The notes under the pieces are model-generated. The model had not been told where the DNA came from and ran no database searches. It saw only the letters and a program-made list of their open reading frames with translations. This document shows positions 1 through 8,750 of a stretch of 64,000 nucleotides of DNA, piece by piece. Source of the DNA: Bacteroidota bacterium (GTDB lineage: Bacteria > Bacteroidota > Bacteroidia > Chitinophagales > BACL12); the NCBI GenBank assembly GCA_016706865.1, contig JADJIS010000003.1, positions 18,030 through 82,029 on the forward strand, in the 5' to 3' direction. The first letter of the stretch is position 1. Every line of letters begins with the position of its first letter. The position numbers were made by a program, and so were the translations under genes.

Positions 1-501
1 ACTTTCATCCATATCCCTCGCAAAATTCTTTTCTGCCATTGGTATCATTAAATTAATCGGATATTTTAATTTGCCGCCATTTATAAGATATACTTTGGTC
101 TCATTATCGGATAGGAATTCTGTTTCCATAATTGTATAAGAAGTAACCCGCATTGGTTTTATAAAACGAATTTCTGTTTCAATTTTTTTTCCTTCTACAA
201 TGTTCTTAATTTCCTTTTCACCCTGACCGGCATTTTTATTTCCACTCCAGGAATAAATAAATCCAATTGTTCCGTCTGTTCCTTTAAATTCTTCCTTCCT
301 GTTTAATTTGTCGGTAGTTGCCCATTTATTGAATTGATCCTGGTTTTTAAGCAATTTTAAAAAGCCAAATACCTTTTGAAGAGGTGCATTTATCACAATT
401 TCGCGTTTTACGTAATGATGCTTTTTCATAAATAACGCTATGATCAACAACAGAATTATTATTCCCGCTATTACCAGTAGAATGGTGGATAATATATTCA
501 T
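1..501 (-). CDS. SRPBCC (START/polyketide-cyclase-like) family protein with N-terminal membrane anchor; C-terminus outside window
   Basis: Own minus-strand translation from ATG (501-499): MNILSTILLVIAGIIILLLIIALFMKKHHYVKREIVINAPLQKVFGFLKLLKNQDQFNKW...YPINLMIPMAEKNFARDMDES. Open for 167 codons to position 1. Missing from the ORF track only because no stop lies in the window. Confidence 0.6.
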   Translation of the reverse strand, partial: MNILSTILLVIAGIIILLLIIALFMKKHHYVKREIVINAPLQKVFGFLKLLKNQDQFNKWATTDKLNRKEEFKGTDGTIGFIYSWSGNKNAGQGEKEIKNIVEGKKIETEIRFIKPMRVTSYTIMETEFLSDNETKVYLINGGKLKYPINLMIPMAEKNFARDMDES

Positions 502-527
502 TTGATAACTTTTTAAATGACTATAAT

Positions 528-908
528 TTATTTACGTTTATTTATAGCAAATATCATTGCCGATGATACGATGATCATTACAACCGCAGCAATGGTAAGT
601 GTATTTTCTTTTTGGGAAATTCCAATTAAAAGGTCCCCAATAAACATAACCAAAAGGAAAATATATGCTAAAATCAGCATGGGAGCCGACCTTTTTATTG
701 TTGCAAAAGCGAGTATAAATCCAAGTGCAAATTGCCGGGCAGCCCACATATAAATCAGATATTTTACTCCTTCTGCTTTAAGGTCGGCATTTTCCATAAC
801 CGATTGCGGCGAAAAGCATAACTGTATACTTACCATAAGTTCCAGAATTGCAAATATTCCGGATATGATAAGTATCCATTTCGGGAGATTTTTTTTTACT
901 TCGGTCAT
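528..908 (-). CDS. small integral membrane protein (about 4 TM helices), function unknown
   Basis: 126-aa ORF with four hydrophobic stretches (ILIISGIFAILELMV, FALGFILAFATI, MLILAYIFLLVMFIGDLLIGI, IAAVVMIIVSSAMIFAI). Overlapping ORFs 517..753(+) and 538..747(-) look like shadow frames. Confidence 0.55.
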   Translation of the reverse strand: MTEVKKNLPKWILIISGIFAILELMVSIQLCFSPQSVMENADLKAEGVKYLIYMWAARQFALGFILAFATIKRSAPMLILAYIFLLVMFIGDLLIGISQKENTLTIAAVVMIIVSSAMIFAINKRK

Positions 909-1100
909 GATTTATGGTTTTTTGGTTACTTGGTTTTTATTGCCTGTGCAACTTTTGTAATATCGCGATAGTCGTTAACCTTCATCGAATAGGGAAGGAT
1001 ATTGAAAAATCGATAATAAAAATACGAAGTTTTGATTTATATGGAATCTAACCTATCTTATAGAGAAAATGCGGTTGATAATGGTTGCCCTAGAATTTCT

Positions 1101-1487
1101 TCATTGTATAGAGATATTATAAGGAGTTTTAAGTCCCCCAAATAGATTCCGATCAAATAGATCGATTATTTCCTCAACATTATCCGCTAAAATTGTGTCT
1201 CTGTTTTTTGCAATTATAATCACTTCAAATGGGATCTCGTTATCAATTTCTGCTATTGCCGACCCAACCATTATCTGTTCTTTGGGTTCTAACTGATAAA
1301 CATCGAATCCATCTTCCGTTGTACGTATTTTGTTTTTTTCAGTCTTAAAATCAACAGTTTCTTTAACTAAAATGGTGGTAGTATCATTCGTGGTGTTTGT
1401 AACTGTAATTAAATAATATGGGTCGCAACTTGAAAACATAATTGGGAAAGTAAAAATTAACAGAATTGTAATGATTTTTAGGTGCAT
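1101..1487 (-). CDS. lipoprotein, function unknown
   Basis: Start moved to the internal ATG at 1487, giving MHLKIITILLIFTFPIMFSSC (signal peptide plus lipobox Cys). The longer ORF-track start would overlap the upstream antiporter gene. Confidence 0.5.
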   Translation of the reverse strand: MHLKIITILLIFTFPIMFSSCDPYYLITVTNTTNDTTTILVKETVDFKTEKNKIRTTEDGFDVYQLEPKEQIMVGSAIAEIDNEIPFEVIIIAKNRDTILADNVEEIIDLFDRNLFGGLKTPYNISIQ

Positions 1488-1581
1488 AAGGATCAAATTA
1501 TAGGTTAAACATCTTTTCTGAAAAAATAAACTCCTCGATTTCCACTTCTCGGGCATTGGCGAATGATCTTTGCGTTCCACT

Positions 1582-2823
1582 TCATTCTTCAGCAACTTTA
1601 TTTTTCCCAAACAGCCTGGCATAAAACGGTAAACTCACACCGGTTTTTATCATAAAAAATAACCCAACACAATACAGTGTGCTGAAAAGAATCACTGAAA
1701 AGCAGATGGATTGTATTATAATACCATCTGTATGTCCCTCCTGCAAGGGCAATGTTGCAATAACCGCAGCTCCTAATCCTTTAGGAATCATTATTGACAT
1801 TACCGCTTTATCTAACATGGGTGAATCATTGGCAGCTACAATTTTTACTGCAATTATTCTTACTGCAAAAAGAATAAGTGTTATAAATGCTCCCCACAAT
1901 AATAAATCAATCCTGTCGATCTGCATTTTGATTCCGATATAAACAAAAAAGAATATTCTCAAAAGAAAAACTATTTCGCTAAAAAAATCTCTTTCCTTCT
2001 GCGGTAACATTATACTCTTATTCGGAATAATATTTTCCAAAATTTTGGGTTCAAAATATTGAAGATTGCCAATTGCAATTCCAAAGGATAAGGCTGTTAA
2101 CGGTCCGCTGAATTTCAAATATTCCGCTACCCCATATAGAATAAATAAAAAAGCAGGGGTAGAAAAACTCGTAGTTTTTAATGTGGGAATTTTGCTGATA
2201 ATAAAAGACCATAAAAATGCACCTCCAATTCCAATAATTAATGCAAGTACAAGAGAAGAAATGAATTGAGAAATAATGGCACTGGCCTCCATTTCCCCTG
2301 TTATCATGAAACCCAGGATTCCAAGGGGAATAGCAAGTGTGAATACATCAGATTCTGCAGATTCCATGATTAGTGTGGTTGCAGTTTTAGGTTTCACCGC
2401 TATTTTTTTTACCAATCCTACTACAACCGCAGAGGATGTTCCTCCAAGGGTAGCTCCAATAAAAAGACAACTCACCCAGGACAGGTCGAAAATAATTATA
2501 CTTAAAATAAACCCTGCAAGCCATGTTATCAGGAAACTCAAAGTTGTAATACCCGCTGATTCCTTGAACGAAGATTTTATTTCTGATATCTTTAAATCAG
2601 TTCCACTTTCAAACAAAATAAATATCAGCACCAGATTACTAAACAAAGGACCCATTTTTCCAAAGGAATCCGGGTCAACAAATTTAAACACCGGGCCTAA
2701 CAACATACCAAGTAACATTAGCCCCAACACATCCGGAATACTTTTGCGTTCAAACATTCCGCTCAGGTAATGCCCCCAAAAGATGAAAACTCCAATTATA
2801 ATTATTAGGATGGCTGTTGTCAT
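1582..2823 (-). CDS. cation:proton antiporter (Na+/H+ exchanger family)
   Basis: 413 aa and polytopic. N-terminal IPDVLGLMLLGMLLGP and FILFESGTDL motifs are typical of the Na_H_Exchanger/CPA family. The plus-strand ORFs inside it are antisense shadows. Confidence 0.85.
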   Translation of the reverse strand: MTTAILIIIIGVFIFWGHYLSGMFERKSIPDVLGLMLLGMLLGPVFKFVDPDSFGKMGPLFSNLVLIFILFESGTDLKISEIKSSFKESAGITTLSFLITWLAGFILSIIIFDLSWVSCLFIGATLGGTSSAVVVGLVKKIAVKPKTATTLIMESAESDVFTLAIPLGILGFMITGEMEASAIISQFISSLVLALIIGIGGAFLWSFIISKIPTLKTTSFSTPAFLFILYGVAEYLKFSGPLTALSFGIAIGNLQYFEPKILENIIPNKSIMLPQKERDFFSEIVFLLRIFFFVYIGIKMQIDRIDLLLWGAFITLILFAVRIIAVKIVAANDSPMLDKAVMSIMIPKGLGAAVIATLPLQEGHTDGIIIQSICFSVILFSTLYCVGLFFMIKTGVSLPFYARLFGKNKVAEE

Positions 2824-3153
2824 AATTTAATAGTGTTTATTTGGCTGAGGCAAAAATAAAACGCATTTACAAATAAATTCCGGGTATTTTGTGTGGAATT
2901 ATTTGTACAGTTTATTTGGAGCAGTCAGCATAACGATTTATAATTAACAATTTTCAATGGCGGTTAAGGTAATCAAAAAATTATTAATAAAAATGGAAAT
3001 TTTATAATAAATTATACGGTATAAATCATGATCCGGCTATTTTGCAGAGTTAACTAATCGGAAACTTTATTAAAAAAAATGATATTTTATTTTATCGGAA
3101 TCTAATGTAGGAAGGTCGTTGCGTAACTTACACAAATACGCTATAAACTGCAA

Positions 3154-3319
3154 TTAATTAATTTTTGTCATGACAGTCTCTCGCACCATATCAGAATAAT
3201 TTGAAGATACCCATGTGTACATTTTGGCCATCAATTTTTATAATTTCAATTTTTAAAATATCTGTCGGTTTACCGTTAATGGGTGTATCAGCTTCTAATA
3301 TTTTTCTGTCATGTAAGTC
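3154..3319 (-). pseudogene. truncated, frameshifted copy of the 3' third of the 4972..5361 gene
   Basis: DNA aligns with 4972-5140 at roughly 85% identity by eye. It reads DLHDRKILEADTPINGKPTDILKIEIIKIDGQNV versus ELHDRKVLEGETPINGKPTDVLTIEIIKIDGQNV in the parent. A 1-nt deletion then shifts the frame to an early stop, although the parental ...MTKIN-stop DNA is still present. No 5' two-thirds and no start codon. Confidence 0.65.
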
Positions 3320-3388
3320 TTTTTGCAAATTTTTCATTAAAACCTCATTTTTCTGCATTTTTTGCATGCCAAATTGTTGTGTTTCCGC
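3320..3388. repeat. about 65-bp dispersed repeat, copy 1 (TTTTGCAAATTTTTCATTAAAACCTCATTTTTCTGCATTTTTTGCATGCCAAATTGTTG)
   Basis: About 90% identical by eye to 6898-6966. It forms the junction where homology of the pseudogene fragment to its parent ends. Confidence 0.7.
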
Positions 3389-3406
3389 TAAAATAGTTCT
3401 ATTCTG

Positions 3407-4051
3407 TCAGCCATTTTTGTTCTCTTTTAAGTTTGTAGGCAAAGTCTGTTTCGGGCATCCTTTCGTTTTCTTGAGATTACCATTCTTCCACTTTTCTATT
3501 GTTATACAGTTTCCTTCATTGTCATAATTGATAATTTCACCATTAAGTTTACCTTTTTTGTAATTTTCAGTTCTCTGTAATGTTCCATTTGAAAAATAAA
3601 ACTTCCATTGTCCAGAGGGAGTTGGTATAAAATTAAAAGTTGAAATATCTCGCCAATTTAATTCGCATCTAATCGTTCCATCATTATAATAACCGGTTTT
3701 CTTATAGAGATAACCAGGTGGTTCAAGCTGAAAGGTGTCTTTGACCAGGATACTCTTTTTCAAATTTGTTCGTATCAAATATTCGCTTTCAATAATATGT
3801 GTAAATGTCCCCATTGAGTTGGAGTCAAATGTCAAAATAATTGTATCTCCATAAGTTGTCCATTTTCCTGTCCAAGTTGGAGTGGGATACACATTACCGC
3901 TTTCCGTTAAAACAAAGTTGTTATTTGATTTGATCTCGAGGCAGTGTCCATGAACGATATGCCAATAGCAATATTTACCATAAATATTCTCTTGACCATT
4001 CGTCGTGAAAGAATATGAAAATAATAGTATAAGAGTTAGTAGTCTAAACAT
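3407..4051 (-). CDS. secreted protein with MORN-variant / YwqK-like repeats
   Basis: 214 aa with signal-like N-terminus MFRLLTLILLFSYSFTTNGQ. The C-terminal WKFYFSNGTLQRTENYKKGKLNGEIINYDNEGNCITIEKWKNG resembles MORN-variant repeats. Confidence 0.5.
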   Translation of the reverse strand: MFRLLTLILLFSYSFTTNGQENIYGKYCYWHIVHGHCLEIKSNNNFVLTESGNVYPTPTWTGKWTTYGDTIILTFDSNSMGTFTHIIESEYLIRTNLKKSILVKDTFQLEPPGYLYKKTGYYNDGTIRCELNWRDISTFNFIPTPSGQWKFYFSNGTLQRTENYKKGKLNGEIINYDNEGNCITIEKWKNGNLKKTKGCPKQTLPTNLKENKNG

Positions 4052-4140
4052 AAGGTTGCCAATAATATTATAGGTAGTTGGCCAGTGACGGTTTGCGGAT
4101 TTTGTTATTATCCAATATTTCTCGTGTGAGGCGCCATAAA

Positions 4141-4884
4141 TTATTCAATTCCTATAAGTTCAAGTTTGTTGTTTTCAAAATCACTCAATCTAAAATACAC
4201 TGTAATCTTATCACTAGTAAGTATTTTTGCAATCAGGTCATTCATATATTTTGTGTAATATAAATTATATTCTTTATCGTTAATAGTCAGTATTATTTTA
4301 AATTCATCAGAAAATTGAGGATCAGTGTCAATTGCGTATTTATATTTTGAATTTTCAGTCTTATTTGAATATTCAATTTTAAAGATCTTGCCATTTTTTT
4401 TATCCGAGATCTTCTTAAATTTATGAGCTTCCCATTCAATATCAATTACCTTTTGGTTAATTAGGTCGATTCCTTTATTTAGTCCATTATGATATTCATC
4501 TTTTTCGAAAAAGGGTATCATTTGGTCAAGAATCAGTTGGCATTCACTATCGGAAAGTACCCACTCTAATCCTAAACCAACTAGAATCTGAAGTCTTTTA
4601 TCATTTTTTGAAAGAAGAATAATTATGCCGTTATTGATCCCTTTTACTCCTGCCGGATATTTATGAAATAATTCCTTTGCATAATCCAATGAAGTTTTTC
4701 CGGCTAAATCGATAGTTGTATAAATCAAGGTTTCAACAGTGCTTTTATCCTTTAAAATTTGCAACCTATCCTCCAAATCAGACACTTCCTTCTCTGTAAA
4801 AAATGCTCCATTATCAATAACCACTTGACTTTTTGCTATCAATCCGAAAAAAAACAGAAATATTAATGTTGTAAAATGTCTCAT
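4141..4884 (-). CDS. TPM (TLP18.3/Psb32/MOLO-1) domain-containing secreted protein
   Basis: 247 aa with a signal peptide (MRHFTTLIFLFFFGLIAKSQ). The N-terminal half (FFTEKEVSDLEDRLQILKDKSTVETLIYT...NNGIIILLSKNDKRLQILVGLGLE) fits the TPM phosphatase-fold pattern. Confidence 0.6.
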   Translation of the reverse strand: MRHFTTLIFLFFFGLIAKSQVVIDNGAFFTEKEVSDLEDRLQILKDKSTVETLIYTTIDLAGKTSLDYAKELFHKYPAGVKGINNGIIILLSKNDKRLQILVGLGLEWVLSDSECQLILDQMIPFFEKDEYHNGLNKGIDLINQKVIDIEWEAHKFKKISDKKNGKIFKIEYSNKTENSKYKYAIDTDPQFSDEFKIILTINDKEYNLYYTKYMNDLIAKILTSDKITVYFRLSDFENNKLELIGIE

Positions 4885-4971
4885 GGTAGGTTTGTTTTAT
4901 ATTGCTATTACAATTTAATATGATCTTAGAAAGTCGTCACCCAGCTTGCACAAGTGCCTTTTAAACCGTCA

Positions 4972-5361
4972 TTAATTAATTTTAGTCATAACGGTTTCAC
5001 GCACCATATCAGAATAATTTGAAGATAATCTGATGTATACATTTTGGCCATCAATTTTTATAATTTCAATTGTTAAAACATCTGTCGGTTTACCGTTAAT
5101 GGGCGTTTCCCCTTCTAACACTTTTCTGTCATGTAACTCAAAAGTACAATCGTCGATCCATATAACCTTATATGATCTTTTAACCTTCAGATACTCATTT
5201 GTCTCAATTTGAAGTGTGTCTGTTCGTTCAATTATTGACACAGCCGGTGAATTATCATGTTTCAATTCAAATTTACCTGTATGCATTTCTGTACATTTTA
5301 ACGTTTGCGCTTTTCCGGCCTGAAAGGAAAAGATGATTAGGATTATGAAAAGTTTGTTCAT
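4972..5361 (-). CDS. small secreted protein, function unknown (parent of the 3154-3319 fragment)
   Basis: 129-aa ORF with signal peptide MNKLFIILIIFSFQAGKAQ. Confidence 0.55.
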   Translation of the reverse strand: MNKLFIILIIFSFQAGKAQTLKCTEMHTGKFELKHDNSPAVSIIERTDTLQIETNEYLKVKRSYKVIWIDDCTFELHDRKVLEGETPINGKPTDVLTIEIIKIDGQNVYIRLSSNYSDMVRETVMTKIN

Positions 5362-5569
5362 GTTTAAAATAGTTTAGGTTAATGACTCAGAACGTTCCGG
5401 GCTTTGCGAAGTGGCGGTATTTGAAGCGCAATGATTCATGATTACTAAAATTATCAAATGGAAATAAAAGTTTCAGGTTTACGATTCACGCAGTCATTTT
5501 GCAAAGCTTTTGTTATAGGATGTGCGGCGGGTAAAGATTTCAATAATTGGAAATTCAAAACCATTTAAT

Positions 5570-6469
5570 TTAATTAATAAATATTTTTTTCGTTACAAAT
5601 GTCTGGCGTCCCTTATAAATTTCTACAAAATAATATCCTTTTGGTTTAATGCTCTTATAAATAATACTATTCTTGCCTGACAAAATTCCTGAAGATATTT
5701 TTGCTCCTGATAAATTTAATATTTTATACGAATAATTTTCAGAAATTTCCTGAAATTGAATGAAGACATCGCTGTTAAATGAATAAATATTGACATTGAA
5801 GAGATTAATTTCCTCTAGGTTAACTGTTGACGTGTCTCCAATAGTGTCTCCTGCCAAAATACCGGTATTGCACTTTATTTCATATGCATAATCTTTAATT
5901 ACGAGTGTTCTGCCATTGTCCTTTATATCACATCTAATCCAACCATAATGCAAACAATCCGAGGTGTCTATAAAACGAACACCTAAAAAATGATCCAAAA
6001 CTTCAGGGTACCAGATGCCGCCTTTTGGAAAATAATCGCCATCAGCTTGAATATATCGATATGCCATTACCTGATAACCTTCATTATAAAATAAAAGGTT
6101 ATTATTCAATAAACTACCTTCAGCTAGTGCATAAGGCAAATATATCCATGAACCTCCATAAGATGGGCTTATGATATGAATTTGTCCGGCAATTGAATTA
6201 TTAGGGGAAAGAGGACCAACATTTATTACTTCGAAAAAAGAAACATAATTTGAAGAATAAGTTGAAAATGACCCAGTTCTATTAATGAAGGCAAAATCAT
6301 TTGTCCCACTAATGTCCATATCAATTCCAGCGGATTCATTATCACTATCTAACACAATATCCGGATCCATATCTGTATAAACAGCCTGTCCCCTGGCATT
6401 TTGGTGTAATGCCAGGAAACAAGCTGATAGTGCTGAGTATTGAATTAAATTAAATTTAAATGCTTTCAT
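5570..6469 (-). CDS. T9SS C-terminal-target (Por secretion tail) domain protein
   Basis: 299 aa with a signal peptide. The C-terminal ~75 aa (YKILNLSGAKISSGILSGKNSIIYKSIKPKGYYFVEIYKGRQTFVTKKIFIN) fit the T9SS type A sorting-domain pattern. Confidence 0.7.
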   Translation of the reverse strand: MKAFKFNLIQYSALSACFLALHQNARGQAVYTDMDPDIVLDSDNESAGIDMDISGTNDFAFINRTGSFSTYSSNYVSFFEVINVGPLSPNNSIAGQIHIISPSYGGSWIYLPYALAEGSLLNNNLLFYNEGYQVMAYRYIQADGDYFPKGGIWYPEVLDHFLGVRFIDTSDCLHYGWIRCDIKDNGRTLVIKDYAYEIKCNTGILAGDTIGDTSTVNLEEINLFNVNIYSFNSDVFIQFQEISENYSYKILNLSGAKISSGILSGKNSIIYKSIKPKGYYFVEIYKGRQTFVTKKIFIN

Positions 6470-6598
6470 TCATTGTTTTACAAATTGTTTAACAATTGTA
6501 TTTCGGTCATCAAATTTAATCAAAAATGAAATATTTGTCAATATTAAAATAGAAAGTAAAAGAGTCTGCAAGTGCAATGCAGTAAAAATGATTTTCAT
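6470..6598 (-). CDS. possible 42-aa hydrophobic peptide directly abutting the T9SS gene start
   Basis: Own translation: MKIIFTALHLQTLLLSILILTNISFLIKFDDRNTIVKQFVKQ. Its TGA (6472-6470) is immediately followed by the ATG of 5570..6469. There is no other support. Confidence 0.2.
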   Translation of the reverse strand: MKIIFTALHLQTLLLSILILTNISFLIKFDDRNTIVKQFVKQ

Positions 6599-6897
6599 AG
6601 TAATTGAATTAAATGTGTCTGTAAAGTAAGCGAAAAATAAGTATCAAATCGAATCAATTAGGAACTGTCAAAGTCAAAGGTTTTGTTGTCCTGAAGAGAT
6701 GATGAATATTGCAAAAGCATATCCTATAACAATTAATATACGAAACTACAAAATTTCCACCACCCCTTAAATCCCAACATATTCAACCTTCAATCCGCTT
6801 TAACCGCTTAACACATATTCGTAAAGCCAATAAAAATTATTTCCGTATTCTAAATACTGAATAAAATATTATTAAGAACAATGCTCTCTCCCTAATC

Positions 6898-6966
6898 TTT
6901 TTACAAATTTTTCATTAAAACCTCGTTTTTCTGCATTTTTTGTATGCCAAATTATTGGGTTCCCAG
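6898..6966. repeat. about 65-bp dispersed repeat, copy 2
   Basis: TTTTACAAATTTTTCATTAAAACCTCGTTTTTCTGCATTTTTTGTATGCCAAATTATTG matches 3320-3388 with a handful of substitutions. Confidence 0.7.
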
Positions 6967-7004
6967 AAAAATTGGGGTAAATAAACATTTTGTTGGTAGA
7001 AAAC

Positions 7005-7100
7005 GTCCGCGTGAAGGATTGTAGCGGAAACCCCACAGCCGAGGCACGAGGCGAGGAGTTGCAGCGGAAAGCCTGACCCGCAGGGGCACGCCATGAGGAG
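7005..7100. repeat. GC-rich REP-like island (GTAGCGGAAA / TTGCAGCGGAAAGCC words)
   Basis: A locally GC-rich block in AT-rich spacer. It contains GATTGTAGCGGAAACCCC (7017-7034), identical to 44197-44214. A second GCAGCGGAAAGCC word (7061-7073) is related to 44299-44311. Confidence 0.6.
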
Positions 7101-7185
7101 TTGGCAAGGGCAGTTGGCAGTAGCAGTCACAGTCGCAGTCTCAGTTGGCAGTGGCAGTTGGCAGTTTGTAACATTGGAGTATTAT
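7101..7185 (+). repeat. tandem 6/7-mer array (NNNNCAG; GGCAGT words) ending in GGCAGTTTGTAACATTG
   Basis: Reads gggcag ttggcag tagcag tcacag tcgcag tctcag ttggcag tggcag ttggcag tttgtaacattg. The same terminal word closes each unit of the 8751-9145 array. Confidence 0.8.
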
Positions 7186-7218
7186 AGATCCAAAGGAAAA
7201 TTTGGGAAACCGGAAAAA

Positions 7219-7243
7219 GGAGAGAGGAGAAAGGAGAAAGGAG
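7219..7243 (+). repeat. purine-only heptamer array GGAGARA x3.5
   Basis: ggagaga ggagaaa ggagaaa ggag. Confidence 0.7.
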
Positions 7244-7432
7244 TTTAAATTTCATTCTGAAATTTTGCTAAATCATACCTTTTTTTATCCCTTTAAATCC
7301 GCCCTATCAGCGTCATCCGCGTTCCCCCTTTTTTTCCATCATTTGTTTTCCGATTCCCCTGTCCCCCCAACGTTGAAAACTAAATTCTAAAATTCGCCCA
7401 ATCTTCTTTTAATTCGCACCTTAATTCCTATT

Positions 7433-8701
7433 ATGAATGTAGATGTATTATTAGGGCTGCAGTGGGGTGATGAGGGGAAGGGCAAGGTGGTGGACTATCT
7501 TGCGGAACAATATGATGTGGTGGCGCGCTTTCAGGGCGGACCGAATGCCGGACATACCCTTATTTTGAACAACGGTGAGAAATTCGTTTTGCACACTATT
7601 CCCAGCGGTATCTTTTTGGAAAATTGTATCAACCTGATAGGCGCAGGGGTGGTAATCGACCCTATAACCTTCCGGATGGAGATAAAAAAACTGGAGGCAG
7701 CGGGTGTTTCGGTGGCTAACAGGCTCCTGATAAGCCGGAAGGCGCATTTGATACTTCCTACCCACAAAATGCTCGACGCAGCCAGCGAGGCTTCTAAAGG
7801 CCTGGAGAAAATTGGTTCCACATTGAAGGGAATTGGTCCGGCATACATGGATAAAACCGGTAGAAACGGGCTTAGGGTTGGCGATATTGAGAGTCCGAAT
7901 TTTTTGGATAAATACAATAAACTGAAGGAAAAACATTTTCAGTTGTTGAAAAATTATGATGGTGTATCTATTGAAGTTCCGAACGAAACGGAGTGGATGG
8001 ATGCGATAAAACATTTGCAGGACATTCCTTTTGTTGATGGTGAATATTTTTTGCAGGATCAAATTGTTGCGGGAAAAAGAATTCTTGCGGAAGGTGCGCA
8101 AGGTTCGATGTTGGATGTGGATCATGGCACTTATCCTTTTGTTACATCGAGCAATACCATTACCGCCGGAGTATGTACAGGTTTAGGGGTGGCTCCGCAA
8201 AAAATTAAGGAAGTTATTGGTATATCAAAAGCATATTGCACTCGCGTTGGATCAGGACCATTTCCTACCGAATTATTTGATGAAACGGGAGAAGAATTAC
8301 GCAAATTAGGAAATGAATTCGGTGCAACCACAGGGCGACCAAGACGTTGTGGTTGGATAGATATACCGGCGTTGAAATATGCAATAATTATTAATGGTGT
8401 TACACAAATTGCAATTACGAAAATTGATGTGTTAAATACTTTTTCAGAAATTAAAGCATGTGTTGCCTATAAAATCAATGGCGAGATAACGGATAAATTA
8501 CCATACGGAATTGTGGACGAAGAAATTGAACCTGTGTATGAAACGTTTAAAGGGTGGAATTGTGATCTTGATAATTGTAAAACAAAAGATTCGCTTCCAC
8601 TCGAGCTAAAAAATTATATTCAGTTTTTAGAATGGGAATTGAAGGTGAAGGTGTCGATGTTGTCGGCGGGGCCGGAGAGGGAGAAGTTAATTATATTGTG
8701 A
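7433..8701 (+). CDS. purA: adenylosuccinate synthase
   Basis: 422 aa. N-terminal LGLQWGDEGKGKVVDYL P-loop plus GGPNAGHT and the GTTGRPRRCGW motif. Confidence 0.97.
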   Translation: MNVDVLLGLQWGDEGKGKVVDYLAEQYDVVARFQGGPNAGHTLILNNGEKFVLHTIPSGIFLENCINLIGAGVVIDPITFRMEIKKLEAAGVSVANRLLISRKAHLILPTHKMLDAASEASKGLEKIGSTLKGIGPAYMDKTGRNGLRVGDIESPNFLDKYNKLKEKHFQLLKNYDGVSIEVPNETEWMDAIKHLQDIPFVDGEYFLQDQIVAGKRILAEGAQGSMLDVDHGTYPFVTSSNTITAGVCTGLGVAPQKIKEVIGISKAYCTRVGSGPFPTELFDETGEELRKLGNEFGATTGRPRRCGWIDIPALKYAIIINGVTQIAITKIDVLNTFSEIKACVAYKINGEITDKLPYGIVDEEIEPVYETFKGWNCDLDNCKTKDSLPLELKNYIQFLEWELKVKVSMLSAGPEREKLIIL

Positions 8702-8750
8702 GGATGGAAATTTAGGAAGGGGTCGAGCATATAGTCGGATTGGAAAAAGG

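Noticed and set aside
3335-3380. Sigma-54-like TGGCAT...TGCA on the minus strand of the 65-bp repeat
   Set aside because: GG-to-GC spacing is 14 nt rather than the required 12, and there is no downstream gene in the right orientation at both copies.
6915-7130. 71-aa minus-strand ORF
   Set aside because: It is composed of the GC-rich REP-like island plus the GGCAGT array (Cys/Gly/Leu-rich translation). This is an artefact of locally stop-poor repeat sequence.
7451-8331. Long antisense ORFs inside purA. Similar cases lie inside the antiporter, lipA, tdk, E1, prs, the kinase genes and others.
   Set aside because: They overlap strongly supported genes on the opposite strand, have biased low-complexity translations and show no independent signals. 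They are shadow ORFs typical of the six-frame track.
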